Assembly (NCBI RefSeq): GCF_009914755.1
Contig: NC_060927.1
Strand: one strand, 5' to 3'
Source of the DNA: the human T2T-CHM13v2.0 reference genome, Homo sapiens
DNA: 64,000 nt
The position numbers were made by a program, and so were the translations under genes. Shown here in pieces: positions 1 to 13,869 of this stretch; position 1 is the first letter of the stretch; each line of letters opens with the position of its first letter. The notes below the pieces were generated by a model that did no database searches, was not told where the DNA came from, and saw only the letters and a list, made by a program, of their open reading frames with translations.

Positions 1-499
1 ACAGCTTAAGGGTCACCATCCATGGGCCTTAATTTTCTCAACTGCATTCTAAAAGTACAACATGAATGATCCTGATAAGTATAACCACCTCTTACAAAGT
101 AACTATTTCTGTCTTTAAAAATAGAAAATAATTTATTTATAAATAAATATTCTATAACTACTGCTAGAAATAAAACTAAGAGATATACATAATGTTGTTA
201 TTCAGAAGTATTTTTTCCTGTCACTCTGAAGGCATTAATTTCATTGGTTTTATGATATCTGCAATCTTATGGGTTTCAAAATGTTCATATATTCTGCTGT
301 TAAGGCAAATACTAAATGACATTTGCAATTATTCACACCCAAAATAAATTTTGCTTGAGTCATGATAAAAGAAATCTTTCAAAAATTAACTGAAGGGAAA
401 AAAAAATAAATCCCCTCTCTTCAAATCATAGTAAAATATAGGTTCCGGGTAGGTACATTACTGTTATAGTTAATAGAGTGAAATTGCTCAGAGTTTGAT

Positions 500-700
500 C
501 TGTAAGATTAGGGCAATCAGAATTTAAATTCTTCTCTACTGCTTCCCAGTAATATAATCTTGAAGTTACTCAAAGCCCTTTTCAGTTTTATTTTCAGTGA
601 AATGAAGAAAGGCAGAACCATTGTGACTAGCAAATCACACACATATAAAGTAGTTAAAAGAGTATGTAGCATAGAAGAAGCATGCAATAAATGTCAGCTA
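500..700 (+). mobile_element. MIR SINE, degenerate
   Basis: Resembles the MIR core (..tcttgaagttactcaaagccc..tcagtttt..aaatgaag) and MIR 3' end (gcatgcaataaatgtcagcta). Confidence 0.6.
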
Positions 701-711
701 CCGTTTACTTT

Positions 712-1260
712 TGAACAAATATTTATTGAGTGATTACTACATACTTGATATTTTTCTAGTTACCTGAGTGACAGTACTGAACAAAAGAGACTAAAATATC
801 TTCCTTCATGAAGATTACATTCCAATAAGAAGATAGACAATAAACAATGTATAAAATATATATTCTGTTTATTAAAAGTACTGCATAGAGGGGGATGCAA
901 CTTTAGACAGGACAGTGGGAGAAGTATCACAGGTGGCATATGTGAGAAAGGACTAAAGGAAATGAGAAAGTAAGCCATGAAATTTTTAGGAAGATGAAAG
1001 TTTTCCAGGCATAGGAAACTGCAAGCGTAAACGTTCTGTTCCTCTAGAGGAACAACAGAGATCAGTATGTCTGGAATGCAGTGAGCCAAGTGGCATGTAA
1101 TATAAGCAATAAGAGGGGTGAGGTGGGTGGAAGAACAGTGGAACTTATCATGTAGGGCGTTGTGGCTAATAGTAATTCAATGACTTAAACTCTGAGTAAT
1201 ATGGGAAGTTATTGGAGAGTTCTGAGCAGAAGAATGGCATGATCAGACTTTTGCCAAAAG
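712..1260 (-). mobile_element. L2 LINE 3' end fragment
   Basis: aacaaatatttattgagtg...gaacaaaagagac...ttcatgaagattacattc...agacaataaacaa matches the reverse complement of the L2 3' terminus. Confidence 0.75.
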
Positions 1261-2380
1261 TCCTGTAGCTAACAATAGACAAAAGTGTCCTCTAATCATC
1301 ATAATCAAGTAAACTATCTATTCCAGTTAGAGAAATACTGCTGTCAATTCTCTTATAATTAAGGGCTAATTATAAAGAGCTCTGTAATGCAGTGACCATA
1401 CATACTTTAGAAGAGAATTTCCCTACCATTCACACATAACTAGAACTTTGGACTCCAAATTCTATTTTGATGTACCTATCATCATTTAGAAATATAATTT
1501 ACAAAATGCTGATTACAAAATATACATACTCTGTTTTATTCAAAATTAAAACTGTGAAAGGATTTAGAGAAAATATTCCCTTGGCCTTATGTAGAATAGT
1601 CAGACAATTTTGTGGCTTTTTTATTGGTAACATCCACAGCTAAGTGATAACTAAATGTTCCTATTCTTCTAGTTGACGGGCAGTAAATATTCAAGACAAT
1701 GATGAGGGCATCATCCAGTGTGATATTCCGGATGGAAGTCCACACCACGTAAGTTAGTGTCCCTCTTGTCTCTCACATGAGCTGAATTTTCAGGAAAGCA
1801 GAGAAGTCAGGCAATCAGCCAACGGTCTGTGTTGCTTTCATTACAGACCTGCAAAGCATTTAAATCTTCAGAAGAGAAAGTTTCTGCCTTCTTAAAACCA
1901 GCTGTACACCAGCCACTCTCAATGGTCCATGAGGCACCCAGCTCAGAGAATTCCACTTCCCCCTAAAGATCGGTCAGAACTGCTGGGAAAAGCAAGCACT
2001 TCAAAGTAACACAGAGGTCTGGTGAATGTTCGGCTCACTTCAGAAAGCATTTCCCTGCTCAGAGATAAGGGGGGAAGCTGCAATATTCTGAAAGTTTGCA
2101 GAATCATGGCATTGCTCCCACCTGCTTTTCTGTTTCACCCTGAAACTTAAGTCAATCAGGAGGCCTGCTTCGTGCACAGTTGAACACAAATAATAACTGT
2201 CTGGGAAAATACAGCAAAACAATAGACATCTTTACAATTACGATTTGGGTGCTGGAGCATACATGTGAAACAAATGTGCTACCAAAGACTGTGACTTCCA
2301 GAATCTTGAAAGTGTTGTATAGTATTTCCGACTGCCAATTGTGTAACTGGCAAGTTGGACTTCAAACTGTTTTCTCAATA

Positions 2381-2802
2381 CAGTTGACCCTTGAACAGTG
2401 CAGGGGCTAGGGGAACCAGCCTCTGGTGCAGTCAAAACTCCACATTAATTTTGACTCCCCAAAATCTTAACTGCTAATAGCCTACTGTTGACGAGAAGCC
2501 TTATGATAACACAAGTGGTTGGTAAACATATATTTTGTTTGTTATATGTAATATATACTGTATTCTTACAATATTGTAAGCCGAAAAAAAGTTAAGAAAA
2601 TCACAAGGAAGAGAAATATACTTATTATTCATTAAGTGGGAGTGGATCATCATAAAGGTCTTCATCCTCATTGTCTTCCCACTGAGCAGGTTAAGGAGTA
2701 GGAGGAAGAGAAGGGGATGGTCTTGCTGTCTCAGCAATGGCAGAGGTGGAAGAAAATCTGCATAAAAGTGAACCCACACAGTTCAAACCCATGTTGTGTA
2801 AG
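2381..2802 (-). mobile_element. Tigger2a (MER28) TcMar DNA transposon
   Basis: TA followed by TIR cagttgacccttgaaca at 2381; internal ttttgactccccaaaa and catcataaaggtcttcatcctc; right end cagttcaaacccatgttg with truncated TIR. Confidence 0.85.
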
Positions 2803-3123
2803 AGAATACATTTCTCTTTCCTTTTTACCTTATCTGTAAATGATTAATTCCCTTTTCTAGAATGACAATAGCTAAAATTCCAATTCAACATCTACACAGC
2901 TACCTCTAAGGTCTCATCGATGGTGCAAGAGATTAACTGGACCTGGTAAAGATTCTCTCTGGCACCAAGGGACTGGCTCTGCAGGAATCCAGCTGGCCTC
3001 TTTTGTTCCACAGAGTAAACATAGCTTATTTCATTTAATCTCAATCACATACTATGGCAACTATGTGCATAGGTCCCATCTTTGAAGACATCCAAAAGGA
3101 AGATATTCTTATGCTACTTGTAG

Positions 3124-3494
<371 letters not shown>

Positions 3495-4707
3495 TAAGAC
3501 TATAGAACTGCTTTTAAAAGTTAGCGATGTGATAATTAAACATAAATCATCATCATTCACATAAGAATTTAAAATAGTCCCAAATGAAGAGACAGCTAGC
3601 ATTAAAAACAATTTCTACTTTTATGAGTTAAATCAATGTCATAAGCAAAATAGTTTTCTTTTAAAAAATTATCTGTTCTCTATCTTTAGAATCTTTCTGC
3701 CAAATCCCCTTCCCACACTTGTCAAGTCAAGTATATCTTACACAGCCCACATTCTCCCACATCTAAATTATTTGGGTTTGATTGCCAGCCACATGAAATG
3801 TTAATCAAAGTAAATAGTTATCACTTATTTTTAGATAGGGTGACACCTGGCATTTTTCTTTCCTCACTATCTTCTCAAAACCTCTCTTATTCTGATAATC
3901 AAACGTAACCCCTTTCTTATCTTCTCCAACAATGATCAATGGCTTCCCTCATTTTTGTTAATTTGGACTACTCAAAAACAAAAGTATCTACCATTTTAAT
4001 ATGATTATTGTAATTGAGGTGCAACTTGGTGTGATTTAATATAACAATACATTGATACGTAGCATTAGGAAAAATATAGTGCAGCTTTAAAATATATATA
4101 CAGACAATTCAAGAGCAAAAATGTGTAATGCCCATTCTTGAGGTTGACTTTATCTATGGATCCATCTGTATCTTCATTCTGTCCATAAAAGTCTCCTAGT
4201 TACCACTTCCCACAGTTCTACTCTAACACTCAATCCATAGGAAGCACCTGTCCAGCCGACGACCTCATTGCTCATCCTCTCCTAAATGGTCAAAATGACA
4301 ACTTCCATTAGGCAGAATTCTTCACTTTGGTGTTGAATGGGTGTAATCGTAGGCAGATTAATCACCAATCTGCCATTTTAGAAAATGGGATTGCCCAGTT
4401 TCATCTTGAGAAATCTTAAATCCATAATTATATTTGAAAATAACTTCAAAACCTAAAAGATTCCAGAGATTACTTGACTCAAACCATGAATTTTATGTTT
4501 GTGTATTTGCCTTTTTCTGGACATCCATGAGTGAGTTCAATTAGTCAAACTCCTTAGCTCATGACAGAGTCTATTTGTCCATGAAGGTTCCTCACATGTA
4601 TAATTTTATTCTTCCCTTCATTCTTGATATTATTTCCACTGCCTTCTTTTTTCAATGAGTACCCATGATAGCATGTCATGGAATATCTACATGTCTTTGA
4701 AAAAGTA

Positions 4708-4843
4708 GGCTGGGCACAGTGGCTCACACTTATAATCCCAGCACTTTAGGAGGTGAAACAGGAGGATTGCTGGAGGCCAGAGTTCATGACCAGCTGGACA
4801 ACATAGTGACACCCAATCTCTATTTATAAAAATAAAAAGGAAA
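4708..4843 (+). mobile_element. FLAM_C free left Alu monomer
   Basis: ggctgggcacagtggctcac...ggaggattgctggaggccagagttc...A-rich tail; TSD GAAAAAGTA at 4699-4707 and 4844-4852. Confidence 0.85.
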
Positions 4844-5319
4844 GAAAAAGTAGTAGAATACTATGAGTTTTACATGTACATAAAATATCAATTTGAGGTA
4901 CTAACAGTTTTATTGTATGTCTTTTTATTTCATTCAACCCTATGTTTGTTAGGTATAGGAGGACTGTTGTTCTAAATACATCTCATTCATTTTTTTCTTG
5001 CAATTAAATAGCACAATTAGGTGGTCTTCATTTGTCTGCTGTAATAAACGTGTGTAATTATTACTCAACTAAGACAATTTGAAGGAGAATATTTACAAAT
5101 GAACAATTTTTAAAAGATGTGGATAGGGCTTAGGGAAACCACAAAGGTTATTTTGTTACCCAGGGTTAGAAGCAGCAGAGCTCCTTGGACCTCTAGGTTC
5201 AAAAAAATAAATGCGGATCATGGTTGCTAAAACCTAAAAAAAAAGAGCCGTGCCAAAGTCTACACCTGGAGAGCAGTGGCCTCGGTGGAGGAGCATAACC
5301 AGCTTAAGCTGCTCCTCAG

Positions 5320-7050
5320 GTCTCTAGGGCTCTACTCATTTTTCTTCATTCTTGTTTCTTTCTATTCTTCAGACTAGATAATTTCAATTGGCCTATCTTG
5401 AAGTTTGCCAATTCTTTCTTCTACTAGCTCAAATCTACTGTCGAGCCCTCTTGTGAAATTTTCATTTCAGTTATAGTATATTTCAACTCCAGAATTTTTG
5501 TACATGTTTTTAAAAAATAATTTCTATCTCTTTATTGAAACTCTTTTTTTAACATATAAAATTTTAATTTGCTAATTATTTTACAATAAAAATATAATAA
5601 TCCCACTTTTTTAAATTATACTTTCAGTTCTGGGGTACATGTGTAGAATGTGCAGGTTTGTTACATAGGTATACACTTGCCATGGTGGTTCTTTATTGGG
5701 TGAAATATTCTCATACATTCCTCCAGTTCTTTACCTATAGTTCCCTTTAGTTTTTTGAACATATTCAAAATAGCTGCTATCAATATTTTTCTGGTAACTC
5801 CAGTGTTTAACTCCAAGGCTTTCCCAGGGACAGTTTCTACTGTGTTTTCTCCCTGCCCTGTACAAGGGCCATAATTTCTTGTTTCTTGCATTTCTTGCGA
5901 TGCTTTGTTGAAATCTAGACCTTTAAATAATATAACGTATTCACCCTCCAGGGTGGTAGAGTTGCTGTTTGTTGCTGCTGCTGATTGCTGTTTGTTTCTT
6001 TAGAGACTTTCTAGAACTACTTTTGTAAAATTGTTATTTTTGTTGTATGAACTTTTTGTCGTATGTAGCCACTGAAGTTTAAATGCCTCAAAGCAATAAA
6101 CCTCCCAGATTTCACCAAGGAGCTAGTTTGTGTGTTGTGGTATACCTTAAGTGAACTGCTTGGCAGTTTAAAATTCTCCTTTAGCCTTTACTTCCTGCTT
6201 GCACAGAACTTCAAGGTTAGTCAAAGAAGAGAAATCAGAGATTTCTTAGGTCTTTCTTGGGCATACATACAGCTCTGCTCATGTGTGCAGCCTTCTAAAT
6301 TTCTCAGATTATTTTAGAAAGTTTTCAAAGCCCCTCTATGGCTTTTTTAGTTCCCAGTGTTTTCTTTCTTTCTTTCTTTCTTTTTAATTCCTTTCCAACT
6401 TTTATTTTAGGCTCAGCCTCTTGCTTCCTTTTCAGCTGTTTGGTCAGCTTGTTGTTGGTTCCAACTGTTATCACCACCTCAGGCAGCTTCAACGTTAAAA
6501 AAAAAAAAAAAGCCATGTAAATATGTACAAATGTTATGTACCAATAGAAAAACACAAAATTTCCAATGATTGTTTTCACAAATGCCTCAGGGAGAAAGCC
6601 ATTCACAGTGAGTCAGTTCTGATCAGGTTAAATAAAAACAAGCCATGCAAGTGGGGATTTGCAGAAAACAGCCAGATAGATCCCGTAATGACAATTCCCT
6701 GGGGATGGGCTTTTTAGGGAAGCTTTACATTCTTCTGCTGTCTCCAGTGACTGCTTGGCAACTGGTTTTCATGATGACTAACATCATGAAACTGTTGGTT
6801 TTCAAGGCCACTGCAGAGCTGGGGAGAAGCGGGTGGGAGTACACAGCAAGTGAAATGTCACGTTTATTGCTCCTTCTGCAATTCAGTCACTCTTCAGTAA
6901 ATATTCCTCACATTATTCCAAGCCTTTACTTTATTTCCAAAGTTCTGAAGAAGTTGAGTGATCATTTTTTTAACCAGTGTTATTTTTATGCACAAGAGGC
7001 TTTCAGATTTCCTTATTTTGCTGTTTCTAGGGGTGTCATCACTTACTAAT
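5320..7050 (-). mobile_element. Old L1M 5'/ORF1-region fragment, interrupted by a younger L1PA piece
   Basis: ttcagactagataatttcaattggcctatcttgaagtt...ttcaactccagaattt is typical antisense L1M ORF1 sequence; boundaries approximate. Confidence 0.65.
5544..5690 (-). mobile_element. Heavily 5'-truncated L1PA 3' end (5607-5690) with a putative 56-bp 3' transduction
   Basis: ttatactttcagttctggggtacatgtgtagaatgtgcaggtttgttacataggtatacac is the antisense L1PA 3' terminus; second T-tract at 5544-5550. Confidence 0.8.
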
Positions 7051-7527
7051 TTTTGACTTTGAAATAGTTTTTAAAATTTCCACTTGTGTTATTTTTCTAA
7101 GGTATATTTTTTGAATAAAATAATAATATTGATTGTGCTGAACGTTCTATTTATGACCCTGCAGATCAACTGTCACTTTTCCACACCTGCTTTGTGACTC
7201 ATGAAGCTGGCCTTCACGGACTGCCCCAACCAGCCTCTCCAGCTCTCTGGTTTCCAGGTATCCTCTGGAATACCTGGAAATATACAATAGGAAACACCAT
7301 CATGAGATAGGAAAACAGGAGAAGAGAGAGATGAAGAAAACAGGAAGGAAACAGGTATTCTCCCAAATTCTTCCCTTCCAAATCATGACTTGGCAGTAGC
7401 TGCATCCTTTTGCAAGGCCACAGCTGCAGTTTTAATTTGCTTCTGAGAACCATTCAGGCCTATGGGTGATGAAGGCTAGTCACTGTTGTTAGCCCCGAGT
7501 ACTTTATTAACTTTTGTCACTTGACTC

Positions 7528-7748
7528 CGTAGGGGTGGGAAATCTCCACCTCCACCTTTTTAGGGTCCTGTCCAGCTCCAAGAATTAAATAGGCATAACA
7601 CAGATTAACAGGAGAAAAGCATAGTATAAGTTTTACATAGCATAGGAGTCCTCATAAATAAATGAAGACCCAAATAACCATTTAGAGTTTTATATACATA
7701 TATATACACACACACATATACATATACACATATGTGTGTGTGTATATA

Positions 7749-7781
<33 letters not shown>

Positions 7782-8094
7782 CGTGAATTGGACAAAGAAT
7801 AGTAAAGTTTGAAAATGTGGCTAAATTATGTGGGGAGGCTTAAAAGATGACAGTTATTCTAACAAGGTCTGTACACTATTTTCTTGGTTTTGACTTCTTG
7901 TCCTTCAAGATAAGGATATTGCCTTGCCTTCTAGTACAGGGGATAGTGTCTTTCATATGGCAAGTTCATATTCTGCTTTTTAGAAACAGCACAATGGTCA
8001 AAGTGATCTTCTTGCACCTCCTGTTTTTCCAGTGTTTTTACATTGGCTATTTTAAATAGCCAGTGTGCCAGAATAGCATATTTTAACCCCTTCA
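7528..8094 (-). mobile_element. ERV1 solo LTR (MER34/MER39/LTR48-like group)
   Basis: Minus strand begins TGAAGGGGTTAAAATATGCTATTCTGGCA; 4-bp TSD ACTC at 7524-7527 and 8095-8098. Confidence 0.7.
7691..7781. repeat. Compound (TA)n/(CA)n/(TG)n microsatellite
   Basis: 91 nt of uninterrupted purine-pyrimidine alternation. Confidence 0.95.
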
Positions 8095-8343
8095 ACTCTG
8101 TTCAGACTTTGTAAATAGTTCCTCCATAAACTGTCTATTCAATAATATTTAGATGTAGTTAAGTATATTTTGTTTTGCTTAGAATTTTGTTTTAGAAGTC
8201 TTAGTTAAAACTCATTTCCCAGCCTAAGTTCAAAGATTTATTTTCCAAAAATATCTGCTATAAGCTTTATTTTATTTTTCATTTTATGTAGATGTCTTAA
8301 TCCTTTCAGCATTTTCCACTATATATATATAGAAATAGGTACC

Positions 8344-8808
8344 TCTGTCAGTTTCCTAATGTTGCTATAACAAATTACCACAAACCTAGTGACTTAAGAC
8401 AATCCAGATTTATTCTCTTATAGATTTGAAAGAGAGAAATCTGTTACTAGGCCAAAAGCAAGGTGTTATCAGGGCCATACTCCCTGTGGAGGCTCTAGAG
8501 GATAATCCATTTCCTTGCCTTTTCTAGCTTCTAGGGAGGCAGTCCTTACATTCCATGGTTCATGTCTCCTTTCTCCATCTTCAAAGCGAAAAGCATCACA
8601 TCTTCCAATCTCTCTGCTTCCATGTTCTCATCATTTTTTTTTCTTACAAGAACCATGTGATTATATCATACGCATCCAGGATAATCTTCCCATCTCAAGA
8701 TATTAACTTAATCACATATGCAAAGTCCCCTTCTGCAATGTAAGATAAAAATTACAAGGTCTATGGAGTGGGATGTGAAAAACTTTGGTGATTATTCAGC
8801 CCACCATA
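8344..8808 (-). mobile_element. MLT1C/D-like MaLR solo LTR
   Basis: gtttcctaatgttgctataacaaattaccacaaac...ggaggctctagagga..atccatttccttgccttttctagcttctag...cagcccaccata. Confidence 0.8.
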
Positions 8809-8948
8809 GTATCTAGCCTTATTTTTCTCCATATGTGAACCAATTTTCTTAATGTCATCAGTAAATCATCTTCCCCATTGGTCTGTAGTGCTCATTTCAT
8901 AAAATCATTGTCTGATAATGCATGACTTTATTTTTTAGCATTCTAGCC

Positions 8949-9170
8949 CAGTGGTTCTGCACCAGGGTCAATTTTGTCCCCCAGAGGAAATTTGGAAATA
9001 ACTGGAGAACTTCTGGCTTGTCAAAATTGGGAGATGGGGGGCTGAGATACTATCAAAGATCTGGTAGGTAGAGACCCAATGTTCTTACAGTGCATATAAC
9101 AGCCCCCAACCCCCACAGCAACAAATTAAATGGCTCAAGCTATAGATAGTCCTGAGGTTGAGGAACCCTG
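8949..9170. mobile_element. MER20 hAT DNA transposon
   Basis: Termini cagtggttct...aggttgaggaaccctg; internal attttgtcccccagagga and ggtagagacc. Confidence 0.85.
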
Positions 9171-9423
9171 CTTTAGTCTGTTCCAATGATCTGTGTGCTA
9201 TGGCTGCCTCAGTGCCAAATTATTTTTGTTATTATGTATTTCTGTAGTACATTTTCATATCATTTAGGGTCTAGGCTCCTATCTTTAATTTTAAAATAGG
9301 CAATATTATATAAATTCTATAAGTTGTTGAATCTTTAAAAATAACCTTCTGGAATTTTATTTGAAATTTTACATTAATTTCTTTAGATTAATATTGGAAG
9401 AGTATAGATTTTCATAATGTTAA

Positions 9424-9959
9424 TGATGAGAGGCAACTGCAGATGGCCCTGGAGACATCTTTCCTTCCCTCTATAAGTAGATTATCAGAAAACTGGCTCA
9501 GCCTTTTGCTGATGTCAGTATTCTTGGCAGGCAAGGCTTTCCCATGACCCCTGTATGCAGATTTTAGTCATCCATATGCATAGTTCTTAAGGTTGCTTCT
9601 TGGCTGGAAGATCTCCTGATATGTTTCCTGATATTTAGAGAAACTAGGTGTTCCCTACTCTTCGTAAGGTACATAGTGTAATATATGCATATATGTAATG
9701 AGGCTTGGGTGCAGAGCTTGTTCTTGCTCTTGCAGTGCTCTCAATTGTATGTCTGACTTACCAGCAAAAGTAAGCTCCAATCTGTTGGATCATTAGCCAA
9801 TGTGCACACATACTATCTACATAACCTACCTAAGCCACGGACTAATAATTGGAGACTGCATAGCTCTGCTACTACTCTGTTGTAAGTTTTCCTCTAATAA
9901 ACTCAATATTGTGTCTGCACCATATGGCTTCAGTGGTATATGTTCATGACCCCTTTACA
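9424..9959 (+). mobile_element. Probable ancient solo LTR, family unassigned
   Basis: TG...CA-bounded block richer in GC than its surroundings, interrupting L1; AATAAA at ~9896 near the 3' end. Confidence 0.3.
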
Positions 9960-10559
9960 AAGCAGTTAAGTTAACCTCTTCATAAACATGTTATATTTCT
10001 TTGCTGATTTCAAATAATCTTATACATCTTTTAAAAGAGTGTGTTTTTAATAAAGTTCTTGATCTTTTAGGAGGTAAATTACTACTTTTTATATATTTTT
10101 ATTGCTATTATAAATTTTCTCTTTTTTGTTATATTTGCTAGTTAGTTTTAGCTTATCTAGAGGAATGTTTGGCTTATATAGGTTGATAATATGTACACCC
10201 TTGCTGCATTTTGGTGTTAGTAAAAAGAATATATTAGTAGGTTTTTTGAGTTTTATAAGTAGTTGGTTATATCTTCTCTAGTGACAGTTTTGTCTTTCTA
10301 CTATATGTATGTATATAGTATTTTTTCACATGCTTTGTATCTTATTGCACTGGCCGTAGGCTTCTAACTCCCATACTACATTGATAGTAGTAGTGATAAC
10401 AGTTATTCTTCTTTTATTTATCCCCACCCATTTAATAAGAATATATTGAAAGTTTACAATTATATTTTCTACAGATTTACCACACAAAGGATACACTGTT
10501 TTAGCTTTTGTCATCCAAAGACAAACACGACAACTGACCATTATATAACACACCAAATG

Positions 10560-11190
10560 GAATAAGAGGCCAAATGGTACAAACTTAAATAAGTATATTA
10601 AATACTATCAGAGAAACAAGCTTCCACCTTGAAAACATGAATCAGGAACAAAAATTCTTGAAACAGAAAATAAGCATATTAAATATCATGAGAGAAAAAA
10701 AGGAGAACCTTCAAAATGAATCAAGGACAAAATGTCTTGAAAAAACAAATAACTAGAGGCACTGCATAATAAAATATAACAAATAAGAAATAAATAATTC
10801 AAAAGGTAAATTGACTACAAGAATGGATATAGCTGAAGAATAAGCCAATACACTGCAACTGTATTGGGATTCTTCCATAAGGTACCAATATGAGATAAGG
10901 AAATGAAAAAACATAAATGGAAAATAAAGATACCTGAAGGATAAGACAATAAATGCAAACATCCTGTCTCATGGAGTCCAAATAGAACAGAAAAAAAATG
11001 AAAAGTAAATAAATGAACAAATTTACAAGGAAGAAATAGCTCAAGTAAAATCTATTTTAAAATCTATTTCGGAAAGATGTAAAGCCTCTGTTTAAAAGGA
11101 TTTATAAAGTGCCAAATTACATAGATTATTTTAAATGAAAAGGAAAAAAAATTAGGCTCGTTGTGGTGCAATTTCAAGACATTTAAATTG
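10560..11190 (+). mobile_element. Old L1 ORF1-region fragment
   Basis: A-rich; gaatggatatagctgaagaa and ataagacaataaatgcaaacatcctgtctcatggagtcca resemble L1M ORF1. Confidence 0.5.
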
Positions 11191-11819
11191 GTCAGGGCTC
11201 TATCAAATATGCGAAACCACTATGAGTATTTCAAAATAAAGAATTTATTATAGAATTAGACATTAAACAATTACAAAAGGAGCCTGGACATTAAATGCCA
11301 AAAAAGGAATTTTAAGGCATCAGAGAAGAGTCACTAACAATCTCTATATGACTGAATGACTCAGAGGTGGAAGAAAAATCTGGACTTTAGATAAGTCCAG
11401 TTTCTGGAGAGTGACTGCTACAAAGTGGACTGGCTTGTAAGTCCTTGAAGGGTTGTTGACTCCTTGTGCTGACCTGTGAATTCATAGCAAAGTATCTGTG
11501 GTGGGCCTGAGATCACGCATTGTCATCTGGGCAGCATTTGGAAAGAACAGTTGGTTATAAAACAAAACTCAAGATGGGACTATTATTTTTAAATCCAAGT
11601 CTATTTCCAATAGTAATTTTACCAAAAGGTATATATCTCCCATTTAAAATGAAGAAATGATTAAGAAATGTGTGCAGATAGTGCAGTGACACTTGAATCA
11701 TTCAGATTTCTCCAATGACAACTTAATGGATGATAAGAATTTGAATTATCAATGTGTTTGAAAATGTAGAAATATTTTCTGATTAATAATAATTTTTTCT
11801 TTCTTTTTTCTTCAAATAC

Positions 11820-12890
11820 TGTATCTTAGATTGAGACCTCTGGAAACAGATATTGAGACAGAGTTGCATGCAGAAGATTTATTGCGGAGCACGCTTGGGG
11901 GATACACCTATAAGGAACTTGATGAAAGCAAAATGGACACAGAGAGAGGCTGACTCGTGATACAGCTGCATCCAGGACATCAGCTGATCTTATATGGAGA
12001 TAGAATAAACCTTCACAGTTGTCTCAAATTGAGGCTAGATGGCTGAGGCTTTGAATCTCTGCTTCAGCCAGTTACTAGCTGAGAATCACCTCTGGTGGGA
12101 GATACAACGTTGGGTCAGTCCGTTCTTGGCGGCCCAGTGAAATTCCCATAAAAGGTACTTCTGTGAGCCATCAGCAGTTGACAATCCTAGCAGCTGGGGG
12201 ATGGGGACACTGCTTCAAAAAGTGTCCCCTACAGCCCATCCTTTGTGCCATTTATGTTCACTTGTTTTTCTTAATAATTTGCCCCATTCGGGATAGCTTC
12301 TTCAAGATCTGTTGCTGCAGTTGATCTTGAAGCCATAACTGATACTCAGTCATCCCCTTTCTCTGTCATTCATTCTAGATTCTCCTTTCTACAGCTAGCA
12401 CCAGACCTGGTCTGGGTCAATTTTTTGGTGAGATGACCTAAACCCTTGTCTTGGAAGAGTCTGAACCCCTGGTTACCATGCCCATCTCACGTGATGCTAC
12501 TCTGAATTATAAATATTACAAGAATTATAACACTTGTAGTTTGTGGAATATGGACAGCTCCTTGCATCCTGTGGTAGTACAATGCTTAAAACTTTCACAG
12601 GTGGTGAGCTTGAATGGCATGCTGATAGAAGGGGCCCCACTGGCTGATACAGTATTTAAAATACTAGAAAGGAAACAGGGAAATTGTAAACATAAGGGCT
12701 GAGAATTGGGTGGCTGCTGCTGAACTGACTTGATTCATTGAAGAGACATAATTGGCAGGCTTTCAATGATTAATCAACAATTAAAAGTGAGAAAGCTTTT
12801 AAGATAAAATGATGCCATTATCCCTACTTCAAGTTCAACAACCGACTCCAGGCATTAAAGCATACTCCAGCCCACCATTCGAGATGACAT
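11820..12890 (-). mobile_element. LTR16-like ERVL LTR (~11820-12230) with adjoining internal fragments
   Basis: tgtatcttagattg..ctggaaacagatattgagacagagttgcatgcagaagatttattg resembles LTR16; ERVL-like internal sequence follows. Confidence 0.55.
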
Positions 12891-12896
12891 CATTTC

Positions 12897-13246
<350 letters not shown>

Positions 13247-13331
13247 TTAGTTCCTTTATAATTTAATATGTGCACAACTCTCCAGTAAACTTAGAGGAAA
13301 ACTTTTTTTTCATTTTTTGTTGTAATAGCAG

Positions 13332-13869
13332 TATAGTGGTTTTAAAATTATGTCCATGAATTCTTTCAAACTCTCTCCTTCAAGAGGTAAAATTTAATTT
13401 TCACCTACTTGAATATGGGCTGGATTAGGGACATACTTCTGATGAATGAAATAGGGCAAAAGTGGTGGCATGTACCTACTGAGATTCAGTTATACGAAGA
13501 CTGCATTTTCTATCTTGAGGAGGACGCTTGCCGGCTGTCTCCCCTGCTCAGATCACTTGCTTTGTGGGACTCAGCTTTTATGTTGTAAGAACACTGAAGC
13601 AGCCCATGGAGAGGTCCACATGGTGAGGACTCCAATAAATAACCATGTAATTGAGCCTTCTTGGAAGTGGATCCTCTACCATTGGAGCCATAAGTGACTG
13701 CAGACCCAGGGAATAGCCGGTTTTGCAAACTCGTGTGGTACTCACAGCTAGAACTGCTGAGCTAAACAACCCCTGGATTTCTGACCCTCAGAAAATGTGT
13801 GAGATAATAATTGCTTTAAGCTGCTAATGTCAGAAGTAATTTGTTTTAAAGCAAGAGGTAACTAATACA
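13332..13869 (+). mobile_element. MLT1F-like MaLR solo LTR
   Basis: tagtggttttaaaattatgtccatgaattcttt...caagagg... ending gtaactaataca. Confidence 0.8.

Larger units (their letters stand above)
7135..8142 (+). mobile_element. LTR33-like ERVL LTR split by a nested ERV1 LTR
   Basis: gaagctggccttcacggactgccccaac..ctctctggtttcc motif; resumes after 8094 with ctttgtaaatagttcctccataaactgtct. Confidence 0.55.
8150..10480 (-). mobile_element. Fragmented old L1 (L1ME-like) ORF2/3' region hosting several nested insertions
   Basis: T-rich antisense L1-like segments at ~8150-8340, 8810-8945, 9175-9420 and 9965-10480. Confidence 0.5.

Noticed and set aside
8150-11190. Opposite-strand L1 pieces as a twin-priming inversion
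   Set aside because: The fragments (ORF2/3' versus ORF1) are not adjacent in L1 coordinates and no TSD is visible; independent insertions are more likely.
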